Of a stretch of DNA of 64,000 nt, positions 34,001-46,464 are shown in pieces (within the stretch, counting starts at the first letter, position 1; each line of letters starts with the position of its first letter). Position numbers and translations under genes: made by a program. Under the pieces are notes generated by a model. The model searched no databases and was not told the DNA's origin. It worked only from the letters and a program-made list of their open reading frames with translations. Where the stretch lies: assembly GCF_964204645.1 (NCBI RefSeq), contig NC_134026.1:16340150-16404149 (forward strand), given 5' to 3'. This DNA comes from Tubulanus polymorphus (lineage: Eukaryota; Animalia; Nemertea).

Positions 34001-34432
34001 TTCTCTAAGGGAGGCGTTCACTAAATAGAGGAGTTCACTAAGGGAGGTGTTCACTGTAGTTTCGTTTAAAAAAAAATGATTGAGTTTTTTTTCATTTTAG
34101 CAAATAAATCCAGAAAGAAACCAAATGATGGTATGTATTTATGAAGAAACAGCATCTTAAAGCGCAAAATTTCAATTGTAATATGTAGCCTGTGGTAGTA
34201 TATTTGATATCAATCTTTAATTCCAGACATATTCTTGGTGGAAAAAATTGTTGGTCATCAATCGAAAGGAGGTCAACAATATTACAAAATTAAGTGGTTG
34301 GACTTCTCTTCAAAACACAACACATGGGAGCCGATTGAAAACCTGACATCCGTTATGGATATGGTGATCTCGTATGATAAAAAGATACAAAGTATTGTAG
34401 AAAAACATCAACCAATTGAATTGAAAGAATAA
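31089..34432 (+). CDS. Multi-exon protein: homeodomain-like N-terminus, HMG-like segment, C-terminal chromodomain
   Basis: Exons read LVSYYEKGM..TGMPEKSVK|KWIENHK, RPYDVYLSD..WNDQTEE, LPTGIILKRPSSY; last exon LVEKIVGH..YYKIKWLDFSSKHNTWEPIENL. Exon structure inferred from GT-AG sites. Confidence 0.65.
33523..34056. mobile_element. Tc1/mariner-type MITE in an intron
   Basis: TA|CAG..CCTC..TAGTGAAC ... GTTCACTAAGGGAGGTGTTCACTG|TA ends. Confidence 0.55.
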
Positions 34433-35055
34433 AAGAATTTATTATAGTACAAGAAACCAATTCATTTACATTTTTCATTCATTGAGATCGGAGTAGAGCT
34501 GTTGAGGAAACTTCACTTGCTTTGGTGAATTTAACAATTAAATTATAGTTTAGTCTACATCAGTCTTTCTGGAAAAGAAAATATTAGAAATGCTGAAATC
34601 AATACATATATTGTGATTGGAACAGAGCCCAAATGGATTACTGAACGAAATGGAATACTGAGCAAATCCCCAAGTTCCTTCAGTGCCATAATTTAGGTAC
34701 CGGTAATTTGTTGGGGGCTATTACAACTTGCCTGTTATTTGATTGTATGAATCGCACATAGGTTATCGCACATAGGTTATGTGAGAAACTTGATATCGAA
34801 GGGTCCATTCATCTTGTTGATTCTGTCCAAATGAAATCGAATATAAATGTAATTACAAATGTGATACTCATGTATAAAAGACGATTTTTAAGTTTAACAC
34901 ATCTACCCTATTTAGTCGTATTACAAAATCTTAACAATGCAATCAAATATCAACTAGGGGTTAGGGGACGCAATCGATGAGCATGCCCCCATTTGGATCC
35001 GAGCAGCCTGCAGACGGTCTCTGTGGCAGTACCCAAAAAGTTTTTATTGTGATCG

Positions 35056-36320
35056 AAACTAGGGGTCCAGGGACACCATGCCCACTTGGGAAGTGGTTTC
35101 AAATGCCCAACAATCTAACAATTTCAATATTTAACGCCCTCTGGTGACCATATACAAAAACCAATGACCTTGAAACCCAATACAATCATAAAACATGTCA
35201 GCAGCTACGATTTTGTAATTGATTGTGATAACAAAAAATGCCACGTTACTAATTTAATATGGAAATACTAAGTTAATCTACTATTCAACGCCCCCTGGTG
35301 ACCATATTCAAAACCCAATAACCTTGTAACTCACCATATTCATAGAACATGTCATGAACTACAACTTCGCAATTGATCATGGTAACAAAATATGCCTAGG
35401 TACCAATATAATAAGGAAATACCAGGTTATTCTACTATTCAACGCCCCCTGGTGACTATGTAGAATTACTAATTTCCTTAAAACTCACCACAATCATAGA
35501 TGATGTCATGAGCTACAACTTTGCAATTGATTGCGGTAACAAAATATGTATTGGTACAAATATAATATAGAAATACTAAGATATTGTATTATTCAACGCC
35601 CCCTGGTGGCCATATACAAAAAACAATGAACTTGAAACTCACCCCAATCATAGAACACATTATACTCTAAAACTTTCTAATTCATTGTTGTAACAAAATA
35701 TGCTTAGGTACCAATATAATGTCGAAAAACTTTTTCCCACCCACGAATGAGTACTAATGACACCAAGATGGCTGCCAATTGCGTCATAATTGGCGGATCA
35801 AAAATACCTATCTCAGGTATAAAACATCCCTTTACAAAGAATACCCATCACAAATTGCAATGAGAAATGGCAAACCAGTAGGAAGCTACAGGACCTAGAA
35901 TTCTGGCCAAAATTGACATTTTTGGGCACTAAAAAGGTCATAGGACAACCATCTTGAGTCAGATGGACCCAATTTTTCTTATGCTGATGGGCCCTTGGTA
36001 GATTCAAATATATTCGAAAGATCAAGGTAATTGATCATATCGTCTTCAAAATTTCCCTCGTAAACTTCGAAAATGTGTAAAAAGTGCTGATTTTGGCAAA
36101 CAACAATGGCTGCCAGTCGGCCATCTTGATTCTGATAGGGCCAGTTTTTGGGCTGAAGATGTGTCTAGGGTAGATACATGTATAAACCAAATATCAAGAC
36201 ATTACCTTGAAGCGTCTTCAAAACTTCCCAAAATAACTGGATTCCGTCTACGGACAGACGAACGGATGAAAAGTGAACGCAATAGCCCGCTGGGACTAAA
36301 GTCCCAAGTGGGCTAAAAAA
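35056..36320 (+). mobile_element. Full-length HINE (Helentron-associated, pearl/DINE-1-like)
   Basis: AAACTAG 5' end, four 154-bp core repeats (35133, 35287, 35441, 35595), GGAC-type microsatellite, 3' hairpin TAGCCC..GGGAC..GTCCC..GGGCTA followed by an A-run. Confidence 0.8.
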
Positions 36321-36586
36321 GTTTCATTTTTAAGTCATTAAAATTCACCCTATGTGGAAAATATGTTCGTCAGTCATGGTGACAATGTTCAAATTCAAGA
36401 AATCTCACAAAATGGAGGATTTTCTCTCCTATTCAACTGGACTAAAGGAGTCTTTTTGCCAATCCATCTAATTGGTGCAGAACTGGAATAATATTGGATT
36501 TCGGTTGTTGTCCACGATTTTTGGGAATCTGTTAAGACCTAAATGAGGTACGTTCCCCAAAAAGTAAGCGAGATATCCCAACATAG

Positions 36587-36727
36587 TACGGAAGCCCTGA
36601 GACGAATCTTTATGTCGCGTAATTTCATAATGTCGTGCATGGCCAAATAAACTCGAAATCTAATTAACTTGGGAAGTTATGAACTGGGGAACTCGTGAAC
36701 CCAAGATGTCGTCTCAGGGCTTCCATA
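36587..36727. mobile_element. Mini-element with TAY..RTA TIRs (IS3EU-like)
   Basis: TACGGAAGCCCTGAGACGA / TCGTCTCAGGGCTTCCATA. Confidence 0.6.
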
Positions 36728-36761
36728 CAACAGAGAAACAGGCGTGAAGCTAACACTAACA

Positions 36762-36931
36762 GGGGTCATTCATTTATTACACGCTAGAGCCAGGAGGGGG
36801 GAAGGGATAAGTGCAATAGCGTACTGTAATGCTTAATGTAGATGCAAAAATGGCCGATTTTGCATACTGAGGGGAGGGGGGTTGAAAAATTCAAATACTA
36901 TGCGTACTGTACGTAATAAATGAATGATCCC
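36762..36931. mobile_element. Small MITE
   Basis: GGGGTCATTCATTTATTAC / GTAATAAATGAATGATCCCC TIRs. Confidence 0.65.
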
Positions 36932-36989
36932 CGAAGTAGGCCTGCTAATAATGTCGAGCATGAGGCGTGGAAAACCCGAACTACTACGT

Positions 36990-37935
36990 CTATTTCAACT
37001 TGATTTGAGAGCACATCAGGTGGCCTAGCTCGCTCATTTTTGGTAGTACATACCTGGTCTTATTAGACCAGAAAGCACTGGCAGTGGATCTAAAACATCA
37101 TTTTTTAATCCATTTGAAACTGTATTAAAAGATATCCAAAACGTCTGCATTGAAAGGGGATTAGGCCGCCTAAAGCCGGGTGCACACCTTTGCGATCATC
37201 GCGACATCGTATCATCGCATGCGATGTAGCGATGACACGATGAAAATCGTATCATCGCCGCATACCTTTGCTATTTTTATGAGGGCCTCGAGTTGGATTC
37301 AATCACGTGACTGAGCCGCTGATTTTGAACATCATATGACTGCTTCATCCTTAATTCTGATTGGTTACTAAAAATTTTTATCCGGAACATCGGCAGCGTA
37401 GCCCGCAGACCTTTCTTATTTCACGGAAAAATCGCATACGAAAATAAAAAACATGTTTGATTTGTTGCGATGTAATCGGCTCCGGATGCCACCGCATACC
37501 TTTACAATGATGCGATAAAACCATGCGATGAAGCGATCATACGATCAATCGCAAAGGTGTGTGCCGGGCTTAAATAAAGAAATTTGACTCCATAATTTGA
37601 AAGTTTAACAATAGGTTTCCATGCCTACACACCAAACTTCAGTTGAGTTGGTAGGCATGGAAACATATTCAGATATTGATAAACATTTAAATCATAATCA
37701 TGGAGTCTCTTTTCTCTCAGGAACCTCTTTCAATGCAGACTTTTTGGATGTCCTTTAAAGCAGTTTAAAATTGATTAAAACACGATGTTTTAGGTCAGCT
37801 GCCATTGCTTTCCGGTCGTAGTGAGACTTTTATCAGGACAGGTATACGTGTACCACCATAACTGACTGAGTAGGCCACCCGGTATGCTTCTCACGAAATG
37901 TCACAAGTCAGGTTGAAATTGAAAATGAAATAGAC
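36990..37935. mobile_element. Degenerate long-TIR MITE with a second MITE (about 37173-37571) nested inside
   Basis: Outer arms mirror (GTCTGCATTGAAAG / CTTTCAATGCAGAC); inner AAGCCGGGTGCACACCTTTGCGAT / ATCGCAAAGGTGTGTGCCGGGCTT. Confidence 0.65.
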
Positions 37936-38239
37936 ATTAGGCCACCTTACTTACCAGGGTACACGGGGATTGGATGCAGATTGTCGTCTTGATCGAATTC
38001 AGGCCTAAAATCCTTGTAAAACGCGATGGTTATGCTAGCCGGAGGAGTTTTGTATGGCCCAAATAGGCTTCGTCCTTGAGAAGATGGATCTGTCGATAAC
38101 AACCGACAGTCATGCCGAACTAAGTACCAAAATATAAATTTGCGACCAACGCGCGCGCCCTTCTGGCAATGAGTATCTAAGAAGGGTTACCATAATATAG
38201 TATACTATAACACGAGGCGATAGACTATCAAATGAAGGT

Positions 38240-40469
38240 TTACCCTTCTTTGATAAAGTATCGACGAAGAGGATGTGTATCGGGTGAGTAAATAAACTGC
38301 TGTATTGGTGATTTGTTTCCTACAGTTCTTATTTTATGATGATTCCACATGTTACTAAATTTATCTAATAGATTATTGATCCGCGGCAGGAATATATAAT
38401 GTAGACTGAAAATATGCACGTCATTGTCAGGTGATAATATTCCGATTAGTTCCATGTGATGAAAAAGATTGTAAAACATTGAAAGCACACCTCACGTCTC
38501 TCCACAATCTTTCGATACGAGTATTGTGGATGGAGCGTCCAGCAATAAAAGATCCACGTTCGCGACCTCCTAATGGATGATCATTCATATATGCAGCAAT
38601 TCCCATATTTTCTGATCCATAGCCTGCACGTACTCTCGAGGTCCCCACATATGAACAGCACTTTCAAAAAGTCTTAGCACAGTTTCAGCCCTATTGTTAG
38701 TACTACATTTCAAATAGACAATCATTCGACTGTATCCATCTATTCCTCCATGCACAACCAACCTCCACCTGAAATATTAAATCTTTACATATAATCATCA
38801 TAGTAACATGTACAACATGTCGCTTGAATCACCGATGATGATAATTTACACGCAGATATCATTTCATAGCCTTAATGATAGGAACCCCTTCAAAAATAGG
38901 AGTATGGGTCATGCAACAAATTAGCCCTTCACGTTGGTAAAGATAGGTCTTCATATTCAATCTTTAATACAATATAATGGATTGACAACTTCTCACTGTT
39001 TTAGTATTCTCAATATTGTGATTGAATCATATAGGCTTCAATGCTTTACTTACCTAATAAGCTTGTGACTGCCATCGACATGCCAAAGAAATAGGGGTCC
39101 TGTGACACAATACACACGACGTCTAATTCGGCGTTGGATACTGTTGATCTCTCGGCCCCTGGGATCAACATTCCACATGGCCCGTCTGACGTTATCTCTC
39201 TGCACCCGATGTCCCTCTGCCAGTAACTGTCCAACAACACTTTTTAACCCTAAAGGATGAATGTGAATTAACCAATATCACACATTCCGGGATAAATTTC
39301 TAGTAATTTGCAATGTAATCCATGGTACTACACCAGTTCCATCACCAGAAAGCGAATATTCCCTACTCTATGTTTACTTACCATAGTTTGGAAATTCCTG
39401 CAATATTGTAGCAACTTTAACATTTAGATCTTGTTCAGGAATTTGTGAATATGTGTTTCTCACAGAAAGCCCAAATTCAGAAAGTCTTCTTTCAATTGTA
39501 CTCTTACTGACACACAAAATATCAGCAATTTCTGGGATCGTGAATTGGTTATCTGAAAGAATTAATCAAAGATTCTAAGTGATGAACACAGTACACAGGG
39601 CGCAATTAAAGCAAGTAATAGGCCTACCACAACCTCAAAGTTAACGGATTAGACAACAATACCCCCTGCGTCTCCAATACACGTCAACGTGGTCACAGAC
39701 GCAGTACCGGTAAACATCAAGATCAAGAGTGAAATTCCTCGGCAGCCTTTAACTCCGAGGCGCATCCTCCCTCGGCAGGGATTCGAACCGCTGCCACACT
39801 AGACCGGGGCGCAGGTATGCACAGCTTTGCCGCACGGAAATTTGTGCTCGCTGAGGCAAATTTAATGGAAGAACTATTAATGGGAAAACCCGGGCTAAAA
39901 TAAAACGGGATTTCTGATTTGCTAGACATCACTGCGTGTGTACCGTACTGGTATCTGCGCACTCGGCCTAGTGTGGCAGGGTTTCGTACCATGGCTAATA
40001 ATTAGTCTTGGTGCCATCAGGTTGAATGTCTGCTGAATGCCTGCCAAGGGAGAATGTCTGCTGAGGCGATGAAAATGTTAAGAATTAGGCCTATAATAGA
40101 GGTAGAGCAGAGAGGGGCAGCCTACATACCTAAATAGAAAAGCAACTGCTCTTTCGTGATGCCATATTGTGGACGTCCATGCATTCCAATAGCAAGGGAC
40201 CTAGCGGGTTGAATATCATTCGTGGGAAATGTGGCATCTTCTGTTAGTGTCGAGTCTAATAAATTCAAGTGACGTGCGATTTCTAATGCTCGAGCAACGA
40301 TAACCCCTGAATCCTCAAATTCGGGAAAATTTATCAGATTTCTCGTCAACCTATCGAGGCGGTATATAATGCTATCCCAATCGACGTAAGCTAAATTACT
40401 CAGTTCGGTCACAATTCTATTAATTCTTGCTTTGAAGTATATTCTGGTCTGTTCAACTTCCAAATCCAT
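38240..40469 (-). pseudogene. IS3EU-like DDE transposase (HTH plus integrase core), spliced and frameshifted
   Basis: Exons encode IADILCVSKSTIERRL, LWHVDGSHKLIR|[25 protein letters not shown] (second catalytic Asp replaced by Gly), [14 protein letters not shown] and WNHHKIRT; two frameshifts. Confidence 0.85.
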
Positions 40470-40544
40470 CGTTTTGGAAATTATTTCCGGGTTTCCCAGG
40501 ATGACGTAATTTAGATGTACGTGGCGCCATCTACTGACATTTCG

Positions 40545-40638
40545 GCGCATGACTTCGCGGCGCAGAAATGTCTTCGCGGCGCGAAAATGACTTTTTGGCG
40601 CGAAAATGTCTTCGCGGCGCGAAAATGTCTTTAACGTA
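40545..40638 (-). repeat. Putative 5' terminal repeat of the IS3EU-like element with tandem subterminal motifs
   Basis: Repeated CTTCGCGGCGCGAAAATG; minus strand begins TACGTTAAAGAC (TAY end). Confidence 0.55.
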
Positions 40639-41269
40639 CAACAGTGTCTTTTTGAAGGGAATTGTCGCCCATACGCGCGGTGTTTGTGCTCTTCCTGTTC
40701 ACATCTCGTTTTGTTTGCACGCTTAAAGTTTCCAAGGGAAATTTCGAAGATACTTTGACCAAATTTCTTGAGGTTTTTTATGCATATAAATCCTCCTGGT
40801 GGCCATCATCAAGACAACAAATTGAGTATATCAAACATAAAAAGACCAACAAAACCTGTGTTTTTCATTTCAGAAATGGTAATTTTCGGCCTAGATTATT
40901 AATGGTATAATGACCAAAATAAGCATGTAAACAGATTCCAGGTGGAATCCTCTATTGCTGCAGTAGTTGATGTCCTATCGCACACTTGCGACATCTTCTG
41001 GTGGATCCTCACTTGCCACAATTTGGATCCTTTATTGCCGCAGTAGTTGATGTCCTACCGCTCACTAGTGACACCTGGTGGATCCTCACTTGCCGCAAGG
41101 GGAATCCTCTATTGCTGTAAGAGTTGATGTCCAGCTGCACACTAATGATACCTGGTTCATCCTCCCGGGCCACAGAGTTTTCGATGAAAGCCGCCGAGAG
41201 GCGTTTGTGCGACACTAGAGCTTCGTACTTCGTCAGCGGTAAGCTGAATTCAGTCGAGGTCGTCAAGCC

Positions 41270-41306
41270 GCCTCTTTAGCGTAGTTGGTTAGCGCGTCAG
41301 TCTCAT
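41270..41306 (+). pseudogene. 5' half of a tRNA-Met(CAT)-like sequence
   Basis: GCCTCTTTAGCGTAGTTGGTTAGCGCGTCAGTCTCAT resembles elongator tRNA-Met up to the anticodon; no T-arm follows. Confidence 0.65.
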
Positions 41307-41693
41307 TTCGAACACAGGTAAGAGACTTTAAAACTCTTTAACAGACTATTTTCACCCGCAGTCGATTATTGCGTGCCCCGGACTACTGTTTACTCCGGAG
41401 TCAAACACATCTCGCACGTGATAACGACCCATCCCTACTCCGTCTGCCCCCGAATTTGCGCAGTTCCTCGAACAGTCTACTATGTACACGTAGAAGAAAT
41501 TGTAAGCTTTGAGAGAGCAGTAGTATTTAAGATTAGCTTAGTTTATTCTTTATTGCTCAAAATTATACATACTTTTTTCGAGCACAAAAACAAAAGTAAA
41601 TACATGGAAATATAGAGTTTACATGCACAATATCTTAACATACACTGCAAGTTTCCTTAATACAGAATAGTTAGGTTTACAGTGAAAAATTGG

Positions 41694-41821
<128 letters not shown>

Positions 41822-41829
41822 TTATTAAA

Positions 41830-43400
41830 GTGTCATCTTTACAAGTAAAGCCAGCCTATAAAAGGCTTACAAGACACAAATTTTCATACAATTATGAACA
41901 TATTCATGGCATGTTACCGTTACGTCGTAAGGACGCCCTTTCAATATAGTTACAAACATATTTAATTATTTTGCAATTCGATAAAATTTGAATTAATACC
42001 TCGTTACTTGAAAGGGAAGTTATATCAAGAGTTAGTACATCTTCAATTTCTTGTATAGGTCATTTCTTAAATCATGATATGCGTTACACTCACAAAGAAA
42101 ATGTAGTTCGGATTCTATTTCATTTTTATTACACATACTACAGACACGCAATGCTAAGGGTAAACTTCTATACCTTCCTAATTCTATATTAAGAGGGTAA
42201 GTACCATTTCTCATTCTAGCGATTAAAGAGCGGTTTCGTCTAGTCAGGTTGAATTTGACATAGTCTTCAGTACCAAACAAGTTTTTAAGTAATCTATAAG
42301 TTCTTAGTTTCTCCTGGGAACCTATGTTTCTCGACCAGGCAATGGAATAATTTCTGAACATAATTTTCTTTGCATCTAAAAGAACCTTTTTTATAGCCAT
42401 GTCGTTTAAAGAGCTTAATTCGGGATGTAAATAAAAATATTCCATCTGACATTCCGTGAAAATCAACTTAACATGATTACGCCAGTTTTCATAACCACTT
42501 ATGGAGTTTTGATAGTCATGTAAAAATATTTTTTTGGTTATCCTATCATCAGGCATGTTACATAGACGAAACCATAATCTTAACGTTTCTACTCGATGCC
42601 TAATAAATACAGGAGTCCAGCCCATATCACCTTCGATACTCAATAACGACGAGTGTTTTCCTGTTCCCAGGAATGAGCGCATGGCTCTAAATTGAACTTT
42701 TTTTTACAGCACTCATAGTTCTTGAGTCCCCATACAGCACTTCCATAATCCATAATTGGGACCGTAGTTGCATTATATATTTTACTATAGGTTTTATGTG
42801 AAAGACCACTTGAATTAAAATGTTTACAAAGGAGGCTACCTAGTGCTTTGCTAGAAGCTTTAGCAAGGGCATCAGCCGTATAACTAAAATCTAAATATTC
42901 ATTGAATTCTACACCTAAGTATCTATATACATTTACAATTTCAATAGTTGTGTCCTCCAGTTTGAATTGAAAGTTGGTAAGTGGAGCAGATTTCTTTCTA
43001 AAGTGCATTATTTTGGACTTTTCAAGATTTACAGTCAGTTTCCATTTTTTGCACCATTCCATTAGTTCATTTATAAGTACTTGTAATGAGTGTTCACCTT
43101 CTGCTATTAGGACAATATCATCGGCATAGAGAAGGATTGACAACCTAATATCATTGACCTCCACGCCTAGAGATTTAATTTTTGAGGCTAACTCATCTAG
43201 GTACAACGAAAAAAGTGTTGGTATATACACATTTCACAAATGCAAAAGTACGTAATTGCATTCCAAAACACATGATGGAATTCGTCACCAATTTTGTTTA
43301 GGTTACATTTGGTACATAAGCGATCGTCCCTTGGTATGTTTTGGTATCTACCAGTTTCAATTGGTAGTGGGTGACTAGAGCATCTAAATCGAGCCGCGAT
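41830..43400 (-). mobile_element. 5'-truncated LINE (RTE-X-like ORF2) plus a second short LINE 3' fragment
   Basis: RT motif LLYADDIVL; C-terminal IELGRY..CSMC..ESELHFLCEC; second fragment IETGRY..CTKC..DEFHH at 43260-43400. Confidence 0.85.
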
Positions 43401-43469
43401 CACACGGACACGATTTGGCCCGGGCAAAATTGACACGCAATCATTCGTTTAGTGCTGAAATTTGGCTCG

Positions 43470-44450
43470 TGTCTCGGGTTACCTTTTCTCGATACCGAAA
43501 TACAAATTCTGTTAGAAACCGGTAGTGACTTAATATCTCGACTGTACAGGAAAGCTTCAAACACAGGCTTACTTTTGAACTTCAACGCCATGTGCCCGTA
43601 CAAATGGAAAATAGGACTCATCAATGCCATGCTTTTTCGTGCCTACAATATTTGCAGTGATTGGACCATCTTTTTAGAAGAAATCAATTTCTTGAAAAAT
43701 CGGTTTAAATCTAATGCGTTTCCTATTCATGTCATCGATCAATGTATCAATAGATTTTTGAAATCAAAACAGAACTCAGAACCTAAACCGAAACCTGTTA
43801 AAGATGGAATTGATCTATTCATTTCATTGCCGTATATTGGTAACCCGTCAATCCTACTTGCCCGAAAATTAAAATATCTATTTAAAAGGAATTTTGAAAT
43901 CGACTTGAAATGCGCATTCACTACGACCAAAATTAAGAAGATTATTTTTTCTCTTTGAAATGTGCTACCCCTAAATCGCTGAAGGCTAAAGTCATATATA
44001 AATTTAATTGTTTATGTGATATAAACACTTCCTATATTGGGAAAACTAAACGACATTTGGTTATCAGGATTAAAGAACACAGATCAAAGATAACATTTCG
44101 CAATTTGTCACACTTGTGATCAGCAATACAGTGACAACAAATTCAAAATTCTAGACAAAGGTTCATCTGTTCTCGACTGTAAAATTAGGGAGGCCCTGTT
44201 TATTAAAGCGCAACGACCCTCTTTAAATCAACAATTATTCCAAAACGGCTCATGATTTATCCTAAATGTATTCAAATAATTAACTTGTAATTAAATACTT
44301 GGTTTGTAATTAGCTTAGAATTTAGCACTTGTAATTTTGTAACTAATGTTGTATATAAACCTGTTGTTCAATCATTTGATTCACGTGTATTTCACCTGGT
44401 GAGGGGATATGATCCCGAAAGCGTTCGTGTTTATAAACTGTATTTACTCA
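43470..44450 (+). mobile_element. Penelope-like retroelement fragment (RT thumb plus GIY-YIG endonuclease)
   Basis: LPFLD..LYRKASNTG..RAYNICS; downstream VIYKFNC..SYIGKTKRHL..RIKEH; frameshifted. Confidence 0.85.
44393..44429 (+). ncRNA. Degenerate hammerhead ribozyme-like motif (Penelope pLTR)
   Basis: CTGGTGA-GGGGAT/ATCCC stem-GAAA; core differs from CUGANGA at one base. Confidence 0.45.
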
Positions 44451-46464
44451 TTAGAAAATTAGGTTTTTAGTGTTATCGCTTCTATGGTTATTCGGACAGC
44501 CAGTAAACTCACAAAACTGGGCGAAAACAAACCACGTGTATCGTATTTTTACTCATGGCATGGGGAATAGAAGCCTGTATTTTCAAAACGGCACTTGGTC
44601 AGACGGTGGGAGGGGTGGGGGTGTCGTACCCTCGGAACCGCACTCGCCCCTGCATAGCCTCCAAAATATGAAACCGTGAGTTTTATCAAGTTTTATTATA
44701 ACGAGTCAATTTTTCCCGTTGGATTCTTTTCCTTCAGTCTTTCGAATTCATTCTGCTGTTATATCATTGTGCGAGTCGATGTGCACTACGTCATCGATTT
44801 TGAGGCTAGACTGGTTGCCAGTCAATTAAATTAAATTAAACTGTCGATTCATTCTAATTAAAATTAACCTTATTGATAATCTGCGTCGTTCTATTGTTCA
44901 CTGTTAACAATAATAAGCAACAAGTAAATGATAATTTACAAGTTGTCAAAAAGTCATTTTCTTGTTTCCTATCGTTGTTTTTTGGCTACAATGGGGTACC
45001 CGTAGTGCTGCTGCAGCGATCTAGGATTCCGCTTATTGCAGGCGAGGATCCACGTGTCCAGGTGTCGCCAATAGATAGGTCTTGCGCGTTCGATTTCTTC
45101 TACATTTCAATTAAAACTGAATGAACTTTTCTTTTAAATGAATCAATTATTAATGATAGTCCGATATCCGAGTAGAAGAATGAAAGAATTGTATATTTGG
45201 CCGTATTGTGATAGTATATGGATTGGGGAGTATGAAAATCCAGTTCAATGTTCATTGAAAAATTTAATTTTGACAACAGACGACCTACTGCTCGCTGCGC
45301 CATCTGTTCGGATAGCTGCCCCGGAGAAGAAAGATCGTACTCATCATGATCGGCTCCTGTCTTTTTTCTTCCAAAGAAGTAATTATAGGATGTACTGAAT
45401 AATATTATCTAATATATCTTGCTTCGTCTATAGGATGTACTGATAATATTATCTAATGTATCTTGCTTCGTCAACTTTTGGAAAATCACCAGCAATTTAT
45501 ACATTTGAAGTGAGGAAGTTGCTCAGGAGAAGAAAGAACGTACTCAAGATAGCCGTCTTCTGTTTTTGCTGTTCCAAAAAATCTTTCTACGATGTACTGA
45601 TAATGGTTACATGTAATCTTATATTTCTTGCTTTGTCAAGTTCTGCAAATTCACCAGTAATTACATTTATTGCAACCATCGCAACATACGACTTTCAACT
45701 GTAAGCACATAGACTGCAGCGAAGAGCGAAGAAAAGATCACATACTCATCTCTAGATAAATCCAGTTTCTGAAATGCAGATTGTTTGGGCTGCAGGACAA
45801 AACTTCAGCTACAAACTCTGGAATCTTCTTAACATGGGACAATGTTTCTTTGAATTCAGTTCTTTAATACCCTCTTTGTTTAATTCAGTTATGTTTGGGC
45901 TGCAGGACAAAACTTCAGCTTCAAACACTGGAATCCTCTTAACTTGGTCTTTTGAACTCAGTTCTATAAATATACATTTTTCAATTCAGTAATGTTTTGG
46001 CTGTAGGGTGCAAATGAGGGAACCAGAAAATCCTCCTTTACAGAACAACACCCCCTGGCGAGATCAACTCTATCCAAACTGAAATCTTTCTTTCAATTCA
46101 GACAGCCACGAGCGGGCAGGGGTTTGTTGTTGAAATAACAATCAGTTAAAAACGCGTGCGTGGTTAAGATGTTCTATAGTGTTGTACGAGGAATTATTAC
46201 CAGAAGAAAGAGGCTTGTTTCCATAGTCTATATTGTTTAGGCCTAGTATTTCCTCATTGGTATAGATTGTTGCGGGAAATGTTTTATAATACTAAATGAT
46301 TTCGTTTGGTACTTCGGGCGATAAATTTAGGCATTCATTAGATTTCAGAAATTTGAACAATACGAGCTTTGAAAATGTGTTGGACCAATCAGAATGAAAC
46401 ACCTTGCATCATACATCTACAAAGAATGGCTGTATTTAGGGAGTGTTCCATCTCACACGAGATC

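Noticed and set aside
24170-36060. Composite transposon bounded by ~1.1-kb inverted repeats
   Set aside because: The arms are two oppositely oriented copies of a dispersed HINE family (related pieces also at 16995 and 17590), differ in core-repeat number, and show no TSD.
39740-39990. tRNA gene (GGTTCGAATCCC B-box on the minus strand)
   Set aside because: No A-box or cloverleaf could be built; at most a SINE-like or hairpin repeat in the transposase intron.
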